A model generated the notes under the pieces. The model saw only the letters and a list, made by a program, of their open reading frames with translations, was not told the DNA's origin and made no database searches. A DNA stretch of 64,000 nucleotides, from positions 64,001 to 128,000 of IMG/VR virus record IMGVR_UViG_3300044695_004134. One strand, given 5' to 3'. Source of the DNA: a virus. A program made the translations under genes and the position numbers. Shown piece by piece: positions 25,997 to 34,909 of this stretch. How positions within the stretch are numbered: the stretch's first letter is position 1; each line of letters begins with the position of its first letter.

Positions 25997-26182
25997 TTAC
26001 TCCGCTACATCTCCAGCTAAGTCTTCTAAACCGATCAATTCTTGCGTTTCTAAGATATTCGCTCTCTCCTGTGCGGCTTCTTCTGTTGTGAAGTATCCAG
26101 TCTGTACAAACAGTCCTTTTTCTTCGTCTGCGTAGTCTACAATGAAGTGTTCACCTTCTGCTCTTACTGTGGTCTTTGACAT
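25997..26182 (-). CDS. Small acidic hypothetical protein
   Basis: GGAG RBS; late-promoter-like AATAAATA at 26217-24. Confidence 0.65.
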   Translation of the reverse strand: MSKTTVRAEGEHFIVDYADEEKGLFVQTGYFTTEEAAQERANILETQELIGLEDLAGDVAE

Positions 26183-26215
26183 GTCGTTATCTCCCTATGG
26201 TGTGTGTTGACACTT

Positions 26216-26416
26216 CTATTTATTTTCCCACGCCCAATGCACTACACACCAGTCTTCGATGCAACGCTCTTTTGAGATATCGGCTTCTAAACCATTCTGA
26301 ATCATCTTGGTTGACCAATACGTGTAGTAGGACTTCAGGATTTGTTCCTCTGTCCATGTCTCCACAACATCTTGTCCAAACTCTCCCGGGAAGGTGATAC
26401 TCCATCTTTTAGTCAT
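26216..26416 (-). CDS. Hypothetical protein
   Basis: CIEDWCVVHWA motif; coupled ORF. Confidence 0.65.
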   Translation of the reverse strand: MTKRWSITFPGEFGQDVVETWTEEQILKSYYTYWSTKMIQNGLEADISKERCIEDWCVVHWAWENK

Positions 26417-26648
26417 AGCTTTTCAGTCTCTTTATTGTGTTTGGCTTTACTATGAGGATTGTATTCTTCGTCTTTGGAAACGGAAGGTCGAGATGCACTG
26501 ATACTCTTGGTCCTTCCTCCTTAGAGATTTCTGTGTCGTTCCCTACCGTTCCAATAAAGGGTATGCCCTCATGGCGTCCGGAAATTCGCTCACCCATCTC
26601 GAAAGTCGGTTTATACCTGTTCTCTTTGAAGTATTCAGCTAGGGTCAT
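26409..26648 (-). CDS. Hypothetical protein
   Basis: Coupled ORF. Confidence 0.65.
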   Translation of the reverse strand: MTLAEYFKENRYKPTFEMGERISGRHEGIPFIGTVGNDTEISKEEGPRVSVHLDLPFPKTKNTILIVKPNTIKRLKSYD

Positions 26649-26895
26649 TCAACAGGCCTTCAATCTCTTTTTTGACTTGGGACCTACAAAATTCGAGGTT
26701 GTCTTTATCGTAGGTCGTATATGTCTTATCCCTTAGGTCGGCTCTCTCCACGGCACTCACTGCTTCTTTCAACGTGAGTTCAATTACTTTCTGTGTATAG
26801 CCATACTTCATTTGTTCTGAAGTGTAGATCGTATTTTCTTTCGGATAATCACGATTAGCACTTTCAAATATCTCGATTGTTTTTGTTTTAATCAT
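26635..26895 (-). CDS. Hypothetical protein
   Basis: Coupled ORF. Confidence 0.6.
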   Translation of the reverse strand: MIKTKTIEIFESANRDYPKENTIYTSEQMKYGYTQKVIELTLKEAVSAVERADLRDKTYTTYDKDNLEFCRSQVKKEIEGLLNDPS

Positions 26896-26896
26896 T

Positions 26897-27292
26897 TTAA
26901 TCTATCCATTCTAGAATTTCAAAATATTCTTCGGCACGTTCCTTAGCATGTTTAAAGGAGGTCGCAAGAATTTCTAATTCAAGTATATCATCTTCGAGGT
27001 GCATTGTAAATGGACAATCGTTTGCTTTTTTGGAAGAAATAACGTCACCAACGTCAATTCTACCTTTTACTTTGTAGAATCTTCCGTTTTTAATGCGATC
27101 AAGAAAATCATACGTTTCTTCGTGTACAGATACCACACCTTCAAACCAAACTTCGGCTTCTTCTTGGGTTTCAAACTCTGGTGAGAGTGCGGCTCCGGAA
27201 CCCGGATTAATCCAAAACCAGACTGCATTCTCCATGTTCGCTTGACGATACTTGATAAGTGCGGCTTTGAATTGCTTTTTCTGAACCGTCAT
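26897..27292 (-). CDS. Hypothetical protein
   Basis: Coupled ORF. Confidence 0.65.
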   Translation of the reverse strand: MTVQKKQFKAALIKYRQANMENAVWFWINPGSGAALSPEFETQEEAEVWFEGVVSVHEETYDFLDRIKNGRFYKVKGRIDVGDVISSKKANDCPFTMHLEDDILELEILATSFKHAKERAEEYFEILEWID

Positions 27293-27843
27293 GGCTTCTT
27301 AGAGAAGAAAAGCTGGATCGAAATTCTAGGTGGCGCTGACGTTGCTGTTGGTGTCGTACAATGCCATTCTCTCTCTGTTGAGTAAATAGCAGTGTTATAC
27401 TGTGGACAATAGAACTGACCTTGTTTAGGATTGTAACCATATTCATCAACACCCTTATTCTCCTCTGTCCATGCGAACCAACCACCCCAATTCGAATCCC
27501 ATTCTTTGTTGAGATAAATTGACATAGCATCATAGTCTGCATAGTCGGGATGCCAGTTTACACAAGAGGTCTGAAATCCAACGTAAAAGATGGCCGCAGA
27601 AGAATGTGGAAGGTAATCCAACTTACCACGGTTGACTAACTCATAGTAAATTGGATTCTTCCATTCATCAGAGAGCGCACGTGAAAGAATCGTTCCGTTC
27701 GTAGCATACTTCAGAACATCAACCCATTTCATTTGGTTTGATGCCCAAACATCGCCAGCCTTTGTCTCCTCGTTCCATGCTAGGAGTTGTTGAATGAACT
27801 CCTGAGAAAGGACATCATCTAAAATTTTAATCATATTATGCAA
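27289..27843 (-). CDS. 2OG-Fe(II) oxygenase (prolyl-hydroxylase-like)
   Basis: WHPD, IYLNKEWDSNWGG, WHCT, RISIQ. Confidence 0.8.
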   Translation of the reverse strand: MHNMIKILDDVLSQEFIQQLLAWNEETKAGDVWASNQMKWVDVLKYATNGTILSRALSDEWKNPIYYELVNRGKLDYLPHSSAAIFYVGFQTSCVNWHPDYADYDAMSIYLNKEWDSNWGGWFAWTEENKGVDEYGYNPKQGQFYCPQYNTAIYSTEREWHCTTPTATSAPPRISIQLFFSKKP

Positions 27844-30037
27844 TCAAGTTAATGAAGCGGTTCAACACGATACGATTTGAGACACGGTTGCTTGTATACT
27901 TTGCGAAAGCAGAGACAAGACCACGGGTTGTCGTTGAAGTAACTTCGAATTCGTCATCTTCGTCAGTGTCCAGTTTATCTGAACGGATAAAGTAATATTC
28001 ATCGTATCCAACGTTATTTAGATACGTGAAGTTGTTCTTGCGGAACTCTGCCACACGGTGATCGATTTTACTTTCTTCCGACTTCGGTGAATACATTACA
28101 AGTGCATGACGAACATCACGTACTTTTGCAACATAGAAACCAACCACGTTTGCATCTGTACGTTGCTTGAGTAGTTGAAGGAGTGCAGTTGTTTGAGCCG
28201 CACCACGTGAACCATATCCAGAACACTCAGTCACTTCAACTGATGCTTTGGTAATCGGATCACGGAAGAAACTTCTCATTTTCCAATTAGAATCAACTGA
28301 AGACCAATCATACCGTTCACCTTCAACAGCATCGATACGACCATACAGCGTAGAGCCTTCACCATCAGTCAGAAACACACTGTTCACAATTTCAAGTTTG
28401 TTTTCTGTCTTGAACTTCGGAATAACTTTGAATGCGGCAATGACTGCCTCATTCAGTGGTGTTCCACCAAGTTGAAGAATCTCTGGTGGTTCCATGTTTG
28501 AACATGTACCACGGCGACCTGTACCATAATCAAGGAGATATGATGCCATCTTGGTGAATTCATTCGCACTCATTTTGTGTGAAAGAATGTTCAGGAGTGA
28601 AAATGGGTGGACAACCAAGTCACCGACTTTCAGTTTCTGTGATTTCAGTTTTTCTTGGCTCAGAAGTTGGCAAGTCGAGAATGCATATACATCAAAAGGA
28701 ATGTTTACCTTTTTGCAGAACATTACAAGGTTCAAAAGTTGCTTTACTGTGGGTGACATATGGTCACACATAGAACCAGACCAGTCGATAAACATCACCA
28801 GACCATGAGACTTACCGTTAGGCACTTTAGTGAGCCTAGCGAAAATGTCATCAGTGAATTTGTATTCGTGAATTTTTGAAAGATTCAGTTCACCAGTCTT
28901 GGAGACTTTTGCACGTGTTTGTTGTTCAGCATTTTTACGCATTTCGAATTCTTTCACAAGGTAAGAAACAACCTTGTTAGATTCGGTGCGGAACTTACTG
29001 AAGTTTGCCCGCATTTTATCTTCGTTGAACCATTCTTTACGGATTGGATCAGTATTGTGTTCCATAACTTCTTTAATCAGAGTTTTGTGGTCAACAACAA
29101 TATTCTCAATAAGAATCTCGGGAATGTTTGAATACATCACATCTTTACGGTTTTCACCGGAATACAATTGTTTTTCCTTTTCACGGAAAGCATTGTCTGT
29201 TTCAGATTCAATCTTTACATCATCTGAGCCGGCAGAACCAGTTCCACCAGTTTCTGGTGTTTCAGATTTATCTAAACCAATATCTTGTTCGGTTTCTTCG
29301 GCATTACCAGAAGGTTGTGTTTCAATATTTGCCTCTTTGGCTTCACCTTCTTTTGGTTCACTGACACCTTTTTCTTGGTCTTCACCTTCATTAAAATCAA
29401 AATCAGTAGGTCCTGTGTTCCCAATTTCTGGTGACATTTCTTCACCAGGTTCGACCTTTGGTGGTTTGGATTTTTGTTCTTTGGATTGTTCTTTCATAAA
29501 CTTTTGAATTTTCATGGCAATTGCCAGAGTTTCTTCAAACGTTTCAGCATCTTCAACTTCACGTACCAAAGAATATTCTTCGGAAGTAAAATCGATACCT
29601 TGAGCCGCACCACCTTTTGTGTAAAGGTTAATACGGTCAATGAAATTCATGGAATTCAGATTTCTACCTTCAGTGCCAAAGAAGTCCATCTCCATCAGTT
29701 CACGATAACCTTTTACAAAGGAAATACGAATACCAGGAAATCTACGTTTGATTTTCTTTTCGATACGTGCATCTTCGCACACATTAAGAATTGAACGATT
29801 GACTTTGAGGTCAACGACAGAATCGTGCCAGCCTTTTTCAGGCGTTTCTAGTGCATGTCCAACTTCGTGACCGAGTAAAAGGTCAATAACTTCGTTGGAT
29901 AGATTGCCGTTCAGAACAGGAACGGTGAGAACACGGTTTTTGATATCGAAAAATGCTGTCGGAACCTGACGTTGTTCGACAATCAGGTTTTCCGTAGCCA
30001 TGAGGCGTGCAAGATTTGATTTTGATTCAACTAGCAT
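27836..30037 (-). CDS. Metallopeptidase-like + vWA (CobT-like) protein
   Basis: HEVGH, NVCEDARIE, acidic linker, IDWSGSM, GGTPL, LTDGE. Confidence 0.85.
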   Translation of the reverse strand: MLVESKSNLARLMATENLIVEQRQVPTAFFDIKNRVLTVPVLNGNLSNEVIDLLLGHEVGHALETPEKGWHDSVVDLKVNRSILNVCEDARIEKKIKRRFPGIRISFVKGYRELMEMDFFGTEGRNLNSMNFIDRINLYTKGGAAQGIDFTSEEYSLVREVEDAETFEETLAIAMKIQKFMKEQSKEQKSKPPKVEPGEEMSPEIGNTGPTDFDFNEGEDQEKGVSEPKEGEAKEANIETQPSGNAEETEQDIGLDKSETPETGGTGSAGSDDVKIESETDNAFREKEKQLYSGENRKDVMYSNIPEILIENIVVDHKTLIKEVMEHNTDPIRKEWFNEDKMRANFSKFRTESNKVVSYLVKEFEMRKNAEQQTRAKVSKTGELNLSKIHEYKFTDDIFARLTKVPNGKSHGLVMFIDWSGSMCDHMSPTVKQLLNLVMFCKKVNIPFDVYAFSTCQLLSQEKLKSQKLKVGDLVVHPFSLLNILSHKMSANEFTKMASYLLDYGTGRRGTCSNMEPPEILQLGGTPLNEAVIAAFKVIPKFKTENKLEIVNSVFLTDGEGSTLYGRIDAVEGERYDWSSVDSNWKMRSFFRDPITKASVEVTECSGYGSRGAAQTTALLQLLKQRTDANVVGFYVAKVRDVRHALVMYSPKSEESKIDHRVAEFRKNNFTYLNNVGYDEYYFIRSDKLDTDEDDEFEVTSTTTRGLVSAFAKYTSNRVSNRIVLNRFINLIA

Positions 30038-30064
30038 GTGTTTCCTTGTGAGTCTGTAGTATGT

Positions 30065-30116
30065 ATTATATCATACCGACAGGAAATGTCAAGTCATGTG
30101 TTGTTTTTTTGAGACA
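30065..30116 (-). promoter_or_regulatory. Promoter TTGACA-16-TATAAT with TGTTG-N8-AGACA operator
   Basis: -35 at 30087-92, operator at 30099-30116. Confidence 0.75.
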
Positions 30117-30118
30117 AA

Positions 30119-30442
30119 TTACTCTTTTTTCGTAATAATTAATGTTCCGGCTTCGGAAACTTCGAGATTTAGTGTGTCTCCTTCTTTCCAGCCAGTCTCC
30201 GCAATTAATTCGGGTGGAAAAGTGAGAATTCCGTCTCCGGAACCGTCTCCGGCGTCTTCTATGAACATTGGACCATAAGTTTTAGGTTTCGGATTTACCC
30301 ATTGATGCACAACATCCGTTAATTCTTGCCAAGGTTGTCGTTTTTTGACTAATTCTTCGTCTAATGCAAAGTAAATGTCGTTTGCCAACTCAGGATCACT
30401 CTGAATAATCGCTTTTGCGAGTCTTTGTGTATCACTGGACAT
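30119..30442 (-). CDS. Protein with a C-terminal AbrB/MazE-like domain
   Basis: GILTFPPELIAETGWKEGDTLNLEV. Confidence 0.65.
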   Translation of the reverse strand: MSSDTQRLAKAIIQSDPELANDIYFALDEELVKKRQPWQELTDVVHQWVNPKPKTYGPMFIEDAGDGSGDGILTFPPELIAETGWKEGDTLNLEVSEAGTLIITKKE

Positions 30443-30701
30443 AATCAAACTCGGAAAAAACGATTTTATTTTGTTTTTCTGCGACCAATAGATTCACATG
30501 CATTAAAGTTTCCATAATTTCTTCATAACTCATCTTTTCCAACTTTTCGGTGATTTCTTGCATTTCATTTTCAGTAAGCATAATTATCCTTTTGGCGGTG
30601 CTTAGGTTGACGGACGTACTTAACATCAATCCTGTGTTTTTGTGCAGGTTTGATAGGGGTACGACAAACTGGTTTTGGTATCTTAATTAAAATCTTCATT
30701 T

Positions 30702-31037
30702 TTATCTCCGCATCTTTGCCATGTCTTGTGCTTCTTCCACAGAAAAAACAGGAACAGCATTGGACTTGTGGAGAGTGCCAATACCTAAAATTTTGTCGCC
30801 GGTATAAACTTGTTTAGGTTTGAGAGTTCCGCCGTCCATCATCGAGGAATTCAATGATGGAATTTTTGGTGTTTCACGCACATTTTTACCTAAACTGTAA
30901 ACCCAAGGTTTGACAGCCGGAACAACCTTTTTGATTGTTGGAACCTGGTGCTTAGCCAACCAAACCTCATATTCTTCCCGTTCTTTTTTGGGTTTGAGTT
31001 TGGGTTTGGATTTTCCTTGTCTCACGTATATCATCAT
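30702..31037 (-). CDS. Conserved basic phage protein
   Basis: YTGDKILGIGTLHKSNAVPVF motif. Confidence 0.75.
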   Translation of the reverse strand: MMIYVRQGKSKPKLKPKKEREEYEVWLAKHQVPTIKKVVPAVKPWVYSLGKNVRETPKIPSLNSSMMDGGTLKPKQVYTGDKILGIGTLHKSNAVPVFSVEEAQDMAKMRR

Positions 31038-31063
31038 AATATATCTCCAAAACGAATAAGTGT

Positions 31064-31116
31064 ATTATACTCGTTCCATAGATAAAAGTCAAGTCATTTG
31101 TTGTTTTTTTACAACT
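31064..31116 (-). promoter_or_regulatory. Promoter TTGACT-17-TATAAT with TGTTG-N8-CAACT operator
   Basis: -35 at 31087-92, operator at 31099-31116. Confidence 0.75.
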
Positions 31117-31294
31117 TACTGTAGCGTTTAGCTAGATGTCCATAATCTTCATCTTCATGTTGACGCTGGCGCATTCTCCGTAATTCTGCCGCTTCCTTCT
31201 TACGCTTTTTGTTTCTATTAAATTCCTTTGTTGAATTATATTCACTAGAATATTCTTCGTCAAAAGGACGAAACTTAGGAACAAATTTTCCCAC
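31109..31294 (-). CDS. Small charged hypothetical protein
   Basis: GGAG RBS, GTG start. Confidence 0.55.
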   Translation of the reverse strand: MGKFVPKFRPFDEEYSSEYNSTKEFNRNKKRKKEAAELRRMRQRQHEDEDYGHLAKRYSKL

Positions 31295-31312
31295 TTCTTT
31301 TTACTCCGTAGT

Positions 31313-31735
31313 TTATAGTACATCAGGAATGTTATCATGGATAAACTTATAAGTCAATCCTTTAACACCCAAATCTTTCTTAAAAATTCCAATAACAACA
31401 TCCGCTTCACGGGGTTCGAGAGATTCTAACAAAACCATCAGAATTTCTTCCGCACGTTTTGTTGTCAATTTCTCGGCGGTTTCATTACCAACACGGAACA
31501 TGTAAAGTCGTTTAAGTTCAGTATCAAGTGAGGCATAAGAGATTCCAGGTTTTGTATCTGGTTTCTTATATCTTTCAGGATAATCTTTAAACTTCCATTC
31601 CATTTCAGGTCGATATGCCAATTGAAGCACCAATTTTAGTGTTGGTGTCCAATTATTAGCAAGTACATTAATCTTATCTTGTTTCGAATCTGCTTTTGCA
31701 AATTCATCAAACACTTCATAAACATTTTTTCTCAT
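31313..31735 (-). CDS. Conserved T4-like phage protein downstream of RNase H
   Basis: LLESLEPREA motif and gene position. Confidence 0.75.
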   Translation of the reverse strand: MRKNVYEVFDEFAKADSKQDKINVLANNWTPTLKLVLQLAYRPEMEWKFKDYPERYKKPDTKPGISYASLDTELKRLYMFRVGNETAEKLTTKRAEEILMVLLESLEPREADVVIGIFKKDLGVKGLTYKFIHDNIPDVL

Positions 31736-32586
31736 TAAAATTCCTCAATTACTTCCATTAGGTTTTTCAGCTTCTTGTCCATGAAGTAATTAATTAACTT
31801 GGAACGTGGAGCCGGCTTTGTGTTATTATATGTATCAATAATCGAATTTTTAATATCACCGGGAATCTGACGTAGGTCAATCAGTGTTTGATTTCTGGAG
31901 AAACCAATACGTGCATTTTCATCTTCCCAGTCGCCATAATTTTCATTCAATAATTTATCAAGTCGATTTTTATTGATGGGTGTTTGTCTTAAATCACGAA
32001 CAAAACAATCAGCAGGCGAAAGCACATTTGGAATGCCATCACCCTTATCACCTTTGATAATCTTCTCTTTGAGTTCTGCTACAGGATTTTCAGACTTGAT
32101 ATATTTCTTTTGTGCAGGATTGTATTGTTTTACATTCTTGTACATTTGAAGTTGTAGGAAGTCACCATCAGAAGAAAGGATGAGAATTTTGTTATCACCA
32201 CCGGCATAGATTGGTGTGAGTGTACCGATAATGTCATCGGCTTCTGCACCATCAACATCAATGACTTTGTATGGAAAGTTTTCTTTGAGTTCTTGCTTTA
32301 GATTGCCAAGGATGTCAAAAATGAGGTGCCAGTCGAGGTCGGACTTTTCACGTGACTTTTTACGGCCGGCTTTGTAGAATGGAAAGAATTCTTTGCGCCA
32401 ATATTTTTTATTGTCACAACAAAGCACAACTTCACCATACTCTTGGCGAAATTGTTTAACGTGGCCACGAATGATATTGAGTACCAAGTGGCGAACTAAA
32501 CCTTCTTCAAGTTTCACGTTTTTTTGACCAGCAATTTGAGCCATCAATCCAGATAGCAAAACCTGGTTCAAATCAATGAGAATCAT
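31735..32586 (-). CDS. rnh: T4-type RNase H (5'-3' exonuclease)
   Basis: ILIDLNQ, YWRK, YKAGR, AEADDII, SSDGDFLQL, GDKGDGIPN. Confidence 0.95.
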   Translation of the reverse strand: MILIDLNQVLLSGLMAQIAGQKNVKLEEGLVRHLVLNIIRGHVKQFRQEYGEVVLCCDNKKYWRKEFFPFYKAGRKKSREKSDLDWHLIFDILGNLKQELKENFPYKVIDVDGAEADDIIGTLTPIYAGGDNKILILSSDGDFLQLQMYKNVKQYNPAQKKYIKSENPVAELKEKIIKGDKGDGIPNVLSPADCFVRDLRQTPINKNRLDKLLNENYGDWEDENARIGFSRNQTLIDLRQIPGDIKNSIIDTYNNTKPAPRSKLINYFMDKKLKNLMEVIEEF

Positions 32587-32594
32587 TTTATACC

Positions 32595-33689
32595 TTATTT
32601 AATTACTCGTAGAAGGATTATATCAGAATTTATACGTCCTGTCAAGGCTTGTTCAACAGCATTAATGTCTGTGAGAACTTTTCTTAGTGCAACTTTACCA
32701 GCTTTCAATGTTGCAGGCAAAACAACTTCCGGTTTACGGATGGTTTTCTGAACAGAGGTTTCTTCATTGAAATTAATGAGTGTTGTACCTTTGATATTCA
32801 GTCCACCGGCATCCGTTGCATTGTAGCATCCAAGTTTCCTTGTTTTGGTGTTAAATACCCACAACTGTGACGCACCAATGATATCAGCAGGATTAATAGA
32901 AGCGGCCTTATATTCATTGTCTTCCTTTTTGAATTGTAGTTTTTCAATGACCTTATCAACAGGCTTCACTTTCTTTTTCCTAGGAGCACGTGTGAGTTTT
33001 GCCGTATGTGCAATTCTTGCACAATCTTCGATAATGCGTTTCAGTAATGAAGCATATTCTTTGAGTTCCTTTTTCGAAAGGAAAGAATAACCTTCAACAA
33101 GTTGTTCATCTTTACCCTTGATTGCTTCTTCGATTTCTTCCAGTTTCTTTTGATAAACAGGAAGGATGTGTTTCGTATGGGCACCTTTAATGTCCAAAGA
33201 ACGCATCAAATCATATGGATCAAAAACTGTTTTAAAGTCACGTACAAAGAAACAATCATCAATTGAGCCTTCTATTTCTCCGATGTAGTCCCGTGTTTTT
33301 TCGAGCACACGTTCTTGAATAGAAACCACAACCTTAGGTTCAGTTTCTTCAACTTCTTTTTTAACTGGTGATTTATTCTTGAGTTCTTCAATGAATGTGA
33401 AAATCCATTGTTCGTTTTTCTCCGTAAGCGGTGCACCACGGAGTTTCATGCGGCAAACAAAGCCTAAATTTTTAAAATCAGCATCGGAAATCTTTTCGAC
33501 AGATTCGATTTCTTTTTTTGGTGCGCCAATTTCTTTGAGATAAGAAAGCGTGAACTTTTTGCTTTCTTTTGAATCTGAATGATAGTTATACCAATTCAAT
33601 GCGGTAGACAGTGAACTTTCGCCATTTTTCCAAGACGGTTCACCGCCTGCCAGTGCTTTTTCAAAATCTTTAACTGATGCGTGTCTCAT
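32595..33689 (-). CDS. Conserved T4-like phage protein of unknown function
   Basis: ALNWYNY, LWVFNTKTRKL, KTIRKP, GRIN motifs. Confidence 0.8.
   Translation of the reverse strand: MRHASVKDFEKALAGGEPSWKNGESSLSTALNWYNYHSDSKESKKFTLSYLKEIGAPKKEIESVEKISDADFKNLGFVCRMKLRGAPLTEKNEQWIFTFIEELKNKSPVKKEVEETEPKVVVSIQERVLEKTRDYIGEIEGSIDDCFFVRDFKTVFDPYDLMRSLDIKGAHTKHILPVYQKKLEEIEEAIKGKDEQLVEGYSFLSKKELKEYASLLKRIIEDCARIAHTAKLTRAPRKKKVKPVDKVIEKLQFKKEDNEYKAASINPADIIGASQLWVFNTKTRKLGCYNATDAGGLNIKGTTLINFNEETSVQKTIRKPEVVLPATLKAGKVALRKVLTDINAVEQALTGRINSDIILLRVIK
32617..32645 (-). promoter_or_regulatory. Consensus sigma70 promoter TTGACA-17-TATAAT for rnh
   Basis: Exact hexamers at 32640-45 and 32617-22. Confidence 0.75.
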
Positions 33690-33951
33690 GTGTGGTAACA
33701 GCCTTAACAGAATCGGTTCGGAAAGAACGCCAACCGTTGCTTTCCATATCCCATACTGCTAGTGTATCAGGATTCTCTTTCCTTGGCAAGGCCTCAGTCA
33801 AAAGTTGTTGCCCCTCTACAACAGGTTTTTGTGGTAGATATTCTGGCAAAAGTGTACACTTTAGTTCACGTTCCGTTCCATCAACTTTAGTGAACACAAC
33901 CGTAGAAACGGTATTGGACAAAATTTCTTTCAATTCATACTTATCAAACAT
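33670..33951 (-). CDS. WYL-like/SH3-fold protein (DUF2693-like)
   Basis: VVFTKVDGTERELKCTL...VWD...GWRSFR. Confidence 0.8.
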   Translation of the reverse strand: MFDKYELKEILSNTVSTVVFTKVDGTERELKCTLLPEYLPQKPVVEGQQLLTEALPRKENPDTLAVWDMESNGWRSFRTDSVKAVTTHETRIS

Positions 33952-34318
33952 CTTTCATTTCCTTTTCATAATATTCAATATACTCTGCCGTTCTTTCACT
34001 GAGTGAATTAAATGCACCATCAACGAATTCGGCTGACGTTGTGGTAGTTTTAGCAACCAACCCCAAGAACCCATTATCTAACATATTTTCAATATAGTCA
34101 ATAGGTGAAGTCAAGATTGCCTGAAATTTTTCCGGCATTTGTGGTGGATCTTCCGGAAAAATGATGATATCATACAATTCTCCGCTGGAATTTCCAGGTA
34201 CCTTTTCACCGGCGTCTTTATATTGGAAGCCACAAATCTCTAAATCGCCATCATCATTTCGATAGAAGTTTATACCATCAAATGGTTCAGTCTTTAATGC
34301 TTGCCATGATTCGCTCAT
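33944..34318 (-). CDS. Hypothetical acidic protein
   Basis: Coupled ORF. Confidence 0.65.
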   Translation of the reverse strand: MSESWQALKTEPFDGINFYRNDDGDLEICGFQYKDAGEKVPGNSSGELYDIIIFPEDPPQMPEKFQAILTSPIDYIENMLDNGFLGLVAKTTTTSAEFVDGAFNSLSERTAEYIEYYEKEMKDV

Positions 34319-34724
34319 TGAATGCCTTTATATGTGTCTTTCGAACTTTCACCATGATCCATGCGTTGTAATAATCATTTGATTCTAATACACATCTGTC
34401 AAATTGTTCTTTAGCCTCAAGATAACCACATTCACCTTTTGTTTTACATAGGTGAATTATCTCTCTCTTGAAGTTTTCTTTTCCGTGAACCTGTACATCA
34501 TTTTGTAATTCTGAGTTTGAACCATAATACATTTGCCAATCAGAAAATGCTTTAATCTTTTTTCTTTTACCCTTAATCACTTTAGTTCTTATGGAATAAA
34601 AAAACTTTTTACCTATGTATTTTTTACCGGTTGTTAAATGTGTTATGACGTACACGAAACCATAATTGTCACCAATGTTCGGTTCCGTAAATTCACTGTC
34701 TTTGTATATCCAATTTATTTCCAT
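34287..34724 (-). CDS. GIY-YIG endonuclease (endonuclease II/DenA-like)
   Basis: GFVYVIT...KKYIGKK, YYGS, FKREI, YYN. Confidence 0.85.
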   Translation of the reverse strand: MEINWIYKDSEFTEPNIGDNYGFVYVITHLTTGKKYIGKKFFYSIRTKVIKGKRKKIKAFSDWQMYYGSNSELQNDVQVHGKENFKREIIHLCKTKGECGYLEAKEQFDRCVLESNDYYNAWIMVKVRKTHIKAFNERIMASIKD

Positions 34725-34900
34725 TCCTCGTTCTCATCAAAGTCCTCATCATCTATATATTCTTCGTTGAGGACTTCAATTCTTTCACCGCAAAATGGGC
34801 AAAAGGACGGGCTTTCTTCTGACACAAAATCTTCTTCAAATGCAACTTCAAAAGTTGATTCGCATTCTCCACATTCTGCTGTTATTAGTTTCTCCGACAT
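34715..34900 (-). CDS. Small zinc-ribbon protein
   Basis: CGEC...CPFCG with an acidic tail. Confidence 0.75.
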   Translation of the reverse strand: MSEKLITAECGECESTFEVAFEEDFVSEESPSFCPFCGERIEVLNEEYIDDEDFDENEEWK

Positions 34901-34909
34901 GTTTACTCC

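Noticed and set aside
28974-29507. Long antisense ORFs (also 47756..48292, 15203..15715, 54656..55234)
   Set aside because: Shadows of well-supported minus-strand genes, with no RBS or motifs.
34287-34724. Mobile homing endonuclease or intron near nrdB
   Set aside because: Short catalytic-domain-only protein resembling endonuclease II; nrdA and nrdB are uninterrupted.
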